Assembly (NCBI GenBank): GCA_048940925.1
Contig: JBHLOC010000040.1
Span: 1 to 43,109, forward strand
Length of the DNA: 43,109 nucleotides
DNA from: Promethearchaeota archaeon
GTDB taxonomy: Archaea; Asgardarchaeota; Lokiarchaeia; Sigyniarchaeales; SOKP01
Direction of reading: 5' to 3'
The notes beneath the pieces are model-generated. The model did no database searches. It had not been told where the DNA came from and saw only the letters and a program-made list of their open reading frames with translations. The stretch's first letter is position 1. The number at the start of each line of letters is the position of its first letter. Of this stretch, positions 1-7,830 are shown piece by piece. Made by a program: the position numbers and the translations under genes.

Positions 1-354
1 CCCAAAAACACCATCGACAATTCTTGAAATAATAACCATCCATATTGAATTTGAAAATGCTAGCATAAGGAATCCAGTAAACGTTCCCGCCTGAGAAATT
101 AAAAGAAGTGATTTTCTTCCAAATTTGTCACTTAATTTTCCTAAGATTGGTCCGAAAATGAATGAGAACATAGCATTAACAGAAAGCGCTATTCCCATAA
201 TAAATATATGTACATTAAACTGCTTAGCAATAAATGGTGCCATTGGCAATATCATCGAAAATCCAATTATATCAATAAAAACAGCAATCCATAATGGAGT
301 TAAAGTTCGATATTTAAAGATCCTATGATTCTTGGATGGACTAATATTGGACAT
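1..354 (-). CDS. MFS transporter, TetA/DHA1-like (5' part; runs off window start)
   Basis: Manual translation from the ATG at 354: MSNISPSKNH...LWIAVFIDIIGFSMILPMAPFIA...GPILGKLSDKFGRKSLLLISQAG...SRIVDGVFG. Contains MFS motif A (GxLSDKFGRK). Not in the ORF track because it is truncated. Confidence 0.9.
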   Translation of the reverse strand, partial: MSNISPSKNHRIFKYRTLTPLWIAVFIDIIGFSMILPMAPFIAKQFNVHIFIMGIALSVNAMFSFIFGPILGKLSDKFGRKSLLLISQAGTFTGFLMLAFSNSIWMVIISRIVDGVFG

Positions 355-434
355 AAATGTTATAAATCGATATTTTTAATTTAGACTTTAATTAAATTTC
401 CAAATTATTTATTTTCTTTAAGATTTTTTATTAG

Positions 435-727
435 TTGTTTTGTATATTTCATCATAATAATTTTCAAATTTTAATAAGCAGAGTAACTCAGTCAGTAAGC
501 CCTAAAGAAATTAGAAAGATAAATGACTATATCACAACATTAGATAGTATTGCCCAAATTATAGGTTCACTTATAGAACCACTGCTCCTGGAAAGATTTG
601 ATACTTATTCTTTGGAATTGTATTGGGATTATCTGCTATTGGATCATTATTAATGGATTTCAAAAAAATAATATCTTTTATGCAGAAGGGTCCATTTAAG
701 GAAACAGTAAAATTCTCCCAACTATAA
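435..727 (+). pseudogene. Frameshifted C-terminal remnant of an MFS transporter
   Basis: LISRVTQSVSPKEIRKINDYITTLDSIAQIIGSLIEPLLL resembles the MFS TM10-loop-TM11 region. A shifted frame continues FGIVLGLSAIGSLLMDFKK...SQL* (TM12 plus tail, stop 725-727). No N-terminal part is present. Confidence 0.55.
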
Positions 728-765
728 AAATTAATAAGGTTTAAGTTTATTATTTTTTTAATAAT

Positions 766-1566
766 ATGGAATCTCAAAAAGTAAGCGAAGATAATACTTT
801 AACTTCAATTGACGAAAAAAAAACAGTGGAACTTCCCGCTTTAGATTTTTTTAAAATAAACTTCATTAGCTTCTTAGTGCCCTTATATATATGTTTAGGG
901 ATATTCTTATTGTTTGAATTTGGAATTATAAATTTATTTTCTATTCCTCTTATACTGCATCTAAGTATATTGCCGGGATTTCTATTTTTATTATATTATA
1001 TTTATCTTATAATACTGATTGAGTTTGTTGGCCTTTGGGTTAGCTATTGGAACAAAAAATCACCTCCACAACAAGGTGTTTTTGCTAGAATACTTGATGA
1101 TTTTACTAGTCCTGAAGGAAAGATGATGAAATATTATCACAAACGTGGATTTATTATAAAATTTCCGGTTTGGTTAACATCTAAATCTCCATTTCCTTGG
1201 TTACTTAACAGAGTTCTCCGTAAAATTGGTCATAATAAAATTGGGAAAAATGTTATTTATTGCGATGGATATGCGGGACTAGAATTTACAGACTTAAGTG
1301 ATAATGTTTTTATTTACCCTACTAGTGCCTTATCGAGTCATGCTGTAAATACAATTTTTGGGAAAATAACAATGATGGAAATGAAATTAGGTAAAAATAC
1401 AACCCTATATCCAGGAAATATAGTTGGTCCTAATGCGATCACTACAGATAATAATGTGATTTTTCCAAATACTGTTTTACATAAAAATTGGAGAGGAAAG
1501 CCTGGTAAATTTTATTATCAAGGTAGTCCTGGACGTCCGATTGATGTTCATACTGAGAAAGATTAG
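766..1566 (+). CDS. Membrane protein with left-handed beta-helix (hexapeptide repeat) acyltransferase-like domain
   Basis: Two N-terminal hydrophobic helices, then hexapeptide repeats (KIGKNV, LSDNVFI, KLGKNTTL, IVGPNA) and a terminal YQGSPGR motif. Confidence 0.7.
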   Translation: MESQKVSEDNTLTSIDEKKTVELPALDFFKINFISFLVPLYICLGIFLLFEFGIINLFSIPLILHLSILPGFLFLLYYIYLIILIEFVGLWVSYWNKKSPPQQGVFARILDDFTSPEGKMMKYYHKRGFIIKFPVWLTSKSPFPWLLNRVLRKIGHNKIGKNVIYCDGYAGLEFTDLSDNVFIYPTSALSSHAVNTIFGKITMMEMKLGKNTTLYPGNIVGPNAITTDNNVIFPNTVLHKNWRGKPGKFYYQGSPGRPIDVHTEKD

Positions 1567-1590
1567 AACTATTATTAACCTTACAAAAAT

Positions 1591-2090
1591 TTATAGAAAA
1601 TATATTCTTAACCACTCAACTGAATGTTTAATAAATTCTGCTAAGTGTTCACCTTCAAAACTATGAAGAGTATTTGAAATTTCTATAAATCTGTTATTTT
1701 CATTTTTCGGTAAGGTGTTAAATGCTTTTCTGGTAAATTCAAGAGGTACTTGTTCATCAGAAGACCCCTGAATGATCAAAATAGGCTAGGTTAGTTTTTT
1801 TAAAAAAGATTTTACTCGAAATTTCGTGTAATCTGTCAAAAAGCTAATTTTTAAGATAATAAGCTTACCTTCTTCTAATGGAACTTCCGCAGGTACCTTA
1901 TCTAAATCTTTATTACATACTATAGAAATATCAGGAAAACGCCCCCCATTCATATATATCTCCTGTAAAACCATGACACATTATAAGTATTGGTGCTTTT
2001 TCAACCTTTCATCGTAATCATCTTTGCATAAATAGAGTATGCTATGAAGATCATTTCCAGAAGAACTATGTATAATTTTTTCTTGCCCTT
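1591..2090 (-). pseudogene. Degraded alpha/beta hydrolase
   Basis: Fragments lie in several frames: EKIIHSSSGNDLHSILY, then PILIMCHGFTGDIYEWG (frameshift in a G-run near 1945), then ...KKLT*PILIIQGSSDEQVP...HSF (in-frame TAG at 1786-1788; catalytic Asp/His region). No GxSxG nucleophile segment is visible. Confidence 0.75.
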
Positions 2091-2222
2091 AGAAAAACCC
2101 TTGGAATGTGAACAGATGAGAATAAGCATAATTCTTACAATTAATTTTTAGTTTATGATGAATTTTAATATTTTTTTTTGAAAAACTTAAACAATAATTA
2201 ATATAAATTATATTTAGTTAGA

Positions 2223-3725
2223 CTATAATACGTTATCAAACTCCGTTTTAGGATATTTTCCATATTTTTGCAAGAATTCTCTATATGAATTAATTTTATC
2301 TAACACAGTTCCCATTAACTCCAAACTTTCAAATACTGGCACATTGCGATTTAGAAGTTTTAATTTGAATTTATATCGACTTTCATATTCTTCAAATCCT
2401 TCATTTATCTTTAACATCACACAATACATAGGTTTTGTGCATACTCTTATTGCTTTAGATATGTATCTAATAAATTCCTTATTCAAATCTGTTCCTTTAA
2501 AACCAATTTCTTCCAAAATATCTTGAAAACCGCCAAATCTTTCAGGATCTTTAATGAAGACTATCGATGATACGCTTGGATCCTTCTCTAAAGCAAGTAA
2601 CGTTCTATAGTATATATGAGGCTGAATACCGCTTCCACCGAGATCAATTGGATTAGTTACATTCGTATTAACGTCAGGTAGGAATCTTTTCATTTTTTGA
2701 ATAGTTTTTTCTGTTAAACTTGGGATATTTAAATTATGTTTTTCAAGAATATCTATAGCTTCTATTGTTGATCCTCCTCCAATTCCAATCACACCTACAT
2801 TACGTGATTCTGGTAAATGAGTTAGATGAAAAGCTGATGCTAATGCTGCAAGTTCGTTTGAATTACTTACAATGCAACAACCGGTTTGTTTACCAACAGC
2901 TTTCCACATTTCATTATTACCAGCAAGACCACCAGTATGAGATAATATCGCTTTTTTTGTAGCATCACCAAAACCCGCTCTCCATAGTATTATTGGTTTT
3001 CTATTTAGATTACAAGTTCTTGCAACTTTCATGAATTGTCTTCCTTGTTTTGTAGTTCTTAAATTTTCAATATATAAACCTATGATCTTCGTATAATCAT
3101 CTTGTTTGAAGTATTCTAATAATTCTACTACTGATAAGTCTAAAGCATTTCCAATTGAGATAAATTTCGAAGCGTAAAGCCCATAAGAAACTACTAATTG
3201 TGATATATTTTGGGCAATACCCCCTGATTGAAACACTCCACTAAAATTTCCTGCCTTTCTGGATTGATCAAAAGCGAAAAAAAGACCTCCTTTTGGATTA
3301 TATACTCCTAAACAATTTGGACCAATTATTCTTACATTATATTGCTTAGCAATATCCAAAAGTTGTTGCTCCAGATCTTCATTGCCCACTTCGCGAAATC
3401 CTGATGCAAAAACAGTTACAAAGGGAACACCCTTCTTCCCAATGTCTTCCATTAGTTTAGGACATAACCGTGCGGGAACAGCTAAAATTACATAATCTAT
3501 TGAGTCTTGAATGTCAAAGATTGAACCATATATTTTATATCCTTGTAATTCTCTCCCAACAAGTTTAGGATTAAATAAGTATATTGGTCCTTTAAATTTG
3601 TCTTTCATACATTGGACAAAAAAACCTCCACCTCTAAGATCAAAACTTACACCTATGATGCCTATAGATTTAGGAAAGAATAATCTGTCGAAATTAATTT
3701 TTTGTATTTGATTTAAGGTAGACAT
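2223..3725 (-). CDS. Acyl-CoA synthetase (NDP-forming) alpha subunit / CoA-binding protein
   Basis: PKSIGIIGVS CoA-binding start, IIGPNCLG, QSGG, phospho-His motif SHTGGLAG, GGG loop and NPIDL. Confidence 0.88.
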   Translation of the reverse strand: MSTLNQIQKINFDRLFFPKSIGIIGVSFDLRGGGFFVQCMKDKFKGPIYLFNPKLVGRELQGYKIYGSIFDIQDSIDYVILAVPARLCPKLMEDIGKKGVPFVTVFASGFREVGNEDLEQQLLDIAKQYNVRIIGPNCLGVYNPKGGLFFAFDQSRKAGNFSGVFQSGGIAQNISQLVVSYGLYASKFISIGNALDLSVVELLEYFKQDDYTKIIGLYIENLRTTKQGRQFMKVARTCNLNRKPIILWRAGFGDATKKAILSHTGGLAGNNEMWKAVGKQTGCCIVSNSNELAALASAFHLTHLPESRNVGVIGIGGGSTIEAIDILEKHNLNIPSLTEKTIQKMKRFLPDVNTNVTNPIDLGGSGIQPHIYYRTLLALEKDPSVSSIVFIKDPERFGGFQDILEEIGFKGTDLNKEFIRYISKAIRVCTKPMYCVMLKINEGFEEYESRYKFKLKLLNRNVPVFESLELMGTVLDKINSYREFLQKYGKYPKTEFDNVL

Positions 3726-3791
3726 ATAAAAATCCTTAAATAATAGATAAAAAAGTTAGGTAGAATAATTCAATTCAACTAAAATATTTTA

Positions 3792-4517
3792 TTAATAAGT
3801 TCTTCCCAATAATTTATTTAATAAAGCAATATCATCAGTAAAAATTCCATCAACACCTAAATCAATTAATCTTTTCATGATTTCTTCGTCATTGACTGTC
3901 CATACATTTATCTTGAGACCACTCCTATGGGTATATTCTACTAAATTTTTATTAACTGATGTGTGATATGGATGAATTGCATAAAATTCATTTGCTACTG
4001 CTCTTTTTATATACTGCTTAATAGGTTGTAATTTTGTTAGCACTTTAGGTATTAAATATCCTAATTTTAACTGTGGTTCTATTTCTTTTACTTTTAATAG
4101 TTCTACTATTTCAAAGCAACTAACTATTGATGTTTCAATAAGATTACTTGTTCTTAAAATATTTGTTAAATCATAAGCTAGACCTGAAACTTTAATCTCT
4201 GGTTGAAGCTTTATTTTTCCTTTTGAAATATTTATTAATTCTTGTAAGGTAGGTATTTGTTCCCCTTCTCCAGCATTTAATTTTTTAAGCTCTTCAAGTG
4301 TGGCATCTTTAATCATTTTAAACACTCCAGTTGTCCTAAGGGTATCTTCGTCATGATGGATAATGATTTCTTTATCCAAAGTATGATGAATATCAAATTC
4401 TATATAATCTGCTTTTAATTCGATCGCTTTTTTAAAAGCTTTTAGCGTATTTTCAGGTGCTATTGCAGTGGCGCCTTTGTGTCCTATAACACAAAAATTT
4501 TTCTTATTTCCTCTCAA
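3792..4517 (-). CDS. Glycerophosphodiester phosphodiesterase (GDPD, UgpQ/GlpQ family)
   Basis: GHKG...APENTLKAF, IEFDIH, IHHD, IPTLQE, VWTVND and GVDGIFTD motifs. Confidence 0.92.
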   Translation of the reverse strand: MRGNKKNFCVIGHKGATAIAPENTLKAFKKAIELKADYIEFDIHHTLDKEIIIHHDEDTLRTTGVFKMIKDATLEELKKLNAGEGEQIPTLQELINISKGKIKLQPEIKVSGLAYDLTNILRTSNLIETSIVSCFEIVELLKVKEIEPQLKLGYLIPKVLTKLQPIKQYIKRAVANEFYAIHPYHTSVNKNLVEYTHRSGLKINVWTVNDEEIMKRLIDLGVDGIFTDDIALLNKLLGRTY

Positions 4518-4528
4518 AATAATACCAC

Positions 4529-5266
4529 CTAATCGAAATTGATCTTTTGTTCAAGAGCCTTTTTAGCTTTCGAGATACTATTTACAATAATTCCATCTAC
4601 GCCCATTTCTATGAATTTCTTCATAACTTTTTTTGTATTAAGAATGTAAACAAAAATTTTTAAATTGTGTTTATGCGAATAATTTAGAAATTCTTCATCT
4701 ACATTTTTATAACGAGTGACAATATAAGGAAAACCTAAATTAGCTACACTTTCTATTAATTTTTTCCTTCTTTCCCATTCTGGTAAATATTCTTCTGTAA
4801 TTGGGACTATAGCAGCTAATTCTAATTTTGGTTCAATTCTTCTTATTTCTAATAATTCCTCTATCAAAAATGATTGAATTATTGTGGAATTTATTACGTC
4901 CTCATTTCTTAATAGATTTATTACTTTATTAGAAATACCTTTAGCTTTTATTTCACAAAGTAAATTAATCTTTCTTTTAGCAAGATTAATAACTTCCCAT
5001 AACTCAGGGACTCTTTCACTTTCTCCAAGATCTAATTCTTGTAATTCCTCCAAAGTCATTTGCTCTATTGTTCTATTATAACCCATTCTTTTGAGTATAT
5101 CAGTGTTATGAATTACTACAAGTGCTCCATCCTTTGATTCATGTACATCAAATTCAACATAATCCGCTCCCAACTCAATTGCTTTTTTAAAGCCTTTTAA
5201 TGTATTCTCAGGAGCCTCATCATAAGCTCCTCTATGACCTATTATTAGAATTTGTCTAACTCCCAC
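4529..5266 (-). CDS. Glycerophosphodiester phosphodiesterase, second tandem paralogue
   Basis: GHRG...APENT, VEFDVH, VVIHN, CEIK and GVDGIIVN motifs; 11 bp from the downstream paralogue. Confidence 0.9.
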   Translation of the reverse strand: MGVRQILIIGHRGAYDEAPENTLKGFKKAIELGADYVEFDVHESKDGALVVIHNTDILKRMGYNRTIEQMTLEELQELDLGESERVPELWEVINLAKRKINLLCEIKAKGISNKVINLLRNEDVINSTIIQSFLIEELLEIRRIEPKLELAAIVPITEEYLPEWERRKKLIESVANLGFPYIVTRYKNVDEEFLNYSHKHNLKIFVYILNTKKVMKKFIEMGVDGIIVNSISKAKKALEQKINFD

Positions 5267-5635
5267 TCTTTATTGTTACTCAATTTCTTATATTTATAAA
5301 TTTATAAATCTTTAATTTTTTTTAATTTCCTTCTTTTCTAGTGTATTCAAATTGAGCGATAAATTTCTCTTCTATTTTGGCTTATTTAATTAAATGTTCA
5401 TTTTAGTAAAATTGAGAATCAAGTTTTCACTAAATTTCGGTTTGCTACACAGTTTTAAGAATTTAACCTTCAATTTCGAGAACAAAATCTTAATAATAAA
5501 TTAATAACTGAAACAATAAGTTTATTAATTTGAAACGTCAACACGTTATGTGGTAAAATGAATAAATTTATAAGTGGTTATTTATTTTTTATTTTCTGTT
5601 TAAAAATAAAAAAATAATAAAATAATCTAATAAAC

Positions 5636-5650
5636 CGAAAAGTTTAAAAA
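5636..5650 (+). promoter_or_regulatory. Putative archaeal BRE-TATA promoter
   Basis: cgaaaagTTTAAAaa lies about 40 bp upstream of ATG 5688, with a GGTG RBS-like motif at about 5670. Confidence 0.45.
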
Positions 5651-5687
5651 GAGAGAATATTGAAAAACAGGTGTGATCTAAGAGATT

Positions 5688-5939
5688 ATGAGATTTTGTG
5701 ACAATTGCGGAAATATGTTAATCCCCAAAAACGGTAAACTCTATTGTAAAGCCTGTGAAGAGGAATTTGAGTTAGGAAAGGATAAAGAAGATTATATGAT
5801 CCAAAAAAAGATAAGACATGATGAAAAAGAAGCAGCCCCAATAGTTATTAAAGAAGGTTTAAGGGGTGAAAGAATATCTAGTGATGATCGGAAAGCATAT
5901 GAGGATTTATTCTCAGGAAGCGAAGCTGATGGGTATTAA
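5688..5939 (+). CDS. RpoM/TFS-like zinc-ribbon protein (N-terminal ribbon only)
   Basis: MRFCDNCGNMLIP...LYCKAC matches the TFS/RPB9/RPA12/RPC11 N-terminal ribbon. There is no second CxxC pair and no RSADE catalytic hairpin. Confidence 0.75.
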   Translation: MRFCDNCGNMLIPKNGKLYCKACEEEFELGKDKEDYMIQKKIRHDEKEAAPIVIKEGLRGERISSDDRKAYEDLFSGSEADGY

Positions 5940-6079
5940 CAAGGGCTCTTTTTGAGATCTAAGGTTAGATCACTTATTCTTCATTAATTTTGTAAAATAT
6001 TCGTATTCTTTATAGCTTGTGATATATTTCTAAATCTAAAGTTTAAAATTATGCTAAAACTAATTAGAGAATATTATAT

Positions 6080-6475
6080 ATGACTGAAGAAAAAAAGAAA
6101 AGGCTTAGAGGTTTTGCAGGAGTTGTATCAAAACAAGTTGATCAGTTAAACGATATTGAGAAATTCAGAGAAGATTTTAAGAATACAGAAATTAAAATTA
6201 TGTTGAATGCAACAGATGCTAAAAATGCTGCTTTGATTATTATAGATAAAGGTACTATTTATGTAGAAGGTGTTGATAACAAACCAAAAAAAAATTTAAA
6301 AAAGGAAAATGCTGGGTGGGACGCTCGAATATCCGCAAAGACACAAGTCTTCGTTGATCTTTTAACTAGTGAAAATCTTTCTATTGGAAGTGTTTTACCA
6401 AAAATTTTAACATTTAGATTAAGGATAAGAAAGATAAGTATGGCATTAACTTTACTAAAATTATTTACATATTAA
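6080..6475 (+). CDS. Hypothetical protein, probable SCP2-like lipid-binding fold
   Basis: The pattern IMLNATD..AALIIIDKGTIYV...DARISA....FVDLL......ILTFRLRI fits the SCP2 topology (judged by eye). Confidence 0.5.
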   Translation: MTEEKKKRLRGFAGVVSKQVDQLNDIEKFREDFKNTEIKIMLNATDAKNAALIIIDKGTIYVEGVDNKPKKNLKKENAGWDARISAKTQVFVDLLTSENLSIGSVLPKILTFRLRIRKISMALTLLKLFTY

Positions 6476-6500
6476 ATGTTCTCTTTTCATTTTGATGAAT

Positions 6501-6923
6501 TCATAAAAAAGTATTAGATAAAGAGAGCATTTTTTCTTTTAAGAGATTAATGTCCTTTTCATCTTTTAAAGATTGAATTATTACGTTTTTATCATTATCT
6601 GAAATCTCTTGAAACGAATCGATAAATTCTCGTAAATATATAATTTTCTTAGTTTCATTTTCCTGGATATTTGAAATAATCGTATCAATTCTGTCTTCGA
6701 GGGTATAGAGTTTTTCTTTAACTTCTTTAGACAAGCTTTTTTCTTTAGAGCCTACAATTTCGTGCAAAATTTTATTGTTTTCTATTATTTTCCGAGTAAT
6801 TTCTTTAAGCATATCTTCTCGTGATAAAATTGGTAAAGTTGAAAGATATTTTCCCATCTCAGAATTTTTATCTTTAATTTCTCTAATAAAATCAAGTATT
6901 TTATCTTTATTTTCTTTTTCCAT
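6501..6923 (-). CDS. Hypothetical helical protein
   Basis: 140-aa ORF with an ATG start that fills the gap between neighbours; charged and helical, no motif recognised. Confidence 0.65.
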   Translation of the reverse strand: MEKENKDKILDFIREIKDKNSEMGKYLSTLPILSREDMLKEITRKIIENNKILHEIVGSKEKSLSKEVKEKLYTLEDRIDTIISNIQENETKKIIYLREFIDSFQEISDNDKNVIIQSLKDEKDINLLKEKMLSLSNTFL

Positions 6924-6981
6924 ATATTATTTAAGTCTTGCCTAAATTTTTAAATTTAACTAATATTATAGTTAATTAAGA

Positions 6982-7713
6982 ATGTTCGAGTCAATAAAAG
7001 ATAAATTAAGAGATTTCCAAGAATTCATAGATTATAATTTTCAAAATGAAGCATTATTAGCACAGGCTTTAACTACTCCACAATTAGGAAATGAGATAGG
7101 AACTCCCAATTATGAATTTCTTGAAACTTTGGGAGATGCTGTAATTAAAATTATTTTTATACTAAAATTGTATCGAAAAGGGATAAAAGACCCTGGAATA
7201 ATAACAAAAATTAAAGCTTCCCTAGAGAGCGATAAAAATTTACAAAAAGTAGCGCAAAAAATGAATTTGCATGAGTATATATTTAAAGCTGATAAACAAA
7301 GAGTAAAAGGGACGAGGATTTTAGCGGACATATATGAAGCAATATGTGGAGCTATTTTTATTGATTCAGATAATAATTTGAATATTGTTGAACAAAAAAT
7401 TATTGATCCTTTCTATGAAAATTTAGATATTAAAAGTGGAAATTTGATATTATCTAAAAAAAATGAATTATTAGAATTTTTACAAGAGAAATTTAAAACA
7501 AATATCTATATTTCGCTTGAATATGAGAAAGGTGGCTTAGAACATGATCCTACTTGGATTGCAAAAAATCCCAAGATTTTGGAAAAAGATATTCAAAAAG
7601 AGTTGTTTAAACTGCCTAAAGGTTTTAAATCCAAGAAATTCACCAATAAAAAAGATGCTGAAAAAGATATATATTTCAAAATTTTGGACTATTTAAAAAA
7701 TGAGGAATCCTAA
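6982..7713 (+). CDS. rnc: Ribonuclease III family protein with dsRBD-like C-terminus
   Basis: Signature NYEFLETLGDAVI and LADIYEAICGAIFID (four acidic catalytic residues). The C-terminal KNELLEFLQ...GLEHDPTW...KKDAEK is dsRBD-like. Confidence 0.85.
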   Translation: MFESIKDKLRDFQEFIDYNFQNEALLAQALTTPQLGNEIGTPNYEFLETLGDAVIKIIFILKLYRKGIKDPGIITKIKASLESDKNLQKVAQKMNLHEYIFKADKQRVKGTRILADIYEAICGAIFIDSDNNLNIVEQKIIDPFYENLDIKSGNLILSKKNELLEFLQEKFKTNIYISLEYEKGGLEHDPTWIAKNPKILEKDIQKELFKLPKGFKSKKFTNKKDAEKDIYFKILDYLKNEES

Positions 7714-7830
7714 TTAGAGTTCTTTTATCTGAGTATTTTTTCTACAAAAAATTTAAATAATAATTTGACAATTTTATGATTAACTTTTTTTAATAAAAGA
7801 CTGAAGATTAAATTTATAATTTAAAATAAT

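Noticed and set aside
1786-1788. In-frame TAG joining two hydrolase ORFs, suggesting pyrrolysine or stop readthrough
   Set aside because: The same gene also has frameshifts and lacks the nucleophile region, so ordinary pseudogenisation explains it. No pyl genes are in the window.
5575-5625. Inverted A/T tracts upstream of the TFS-like gene
   Set aside because: Low-complexity poly-A/T pairing is expected by chance at this AT content.
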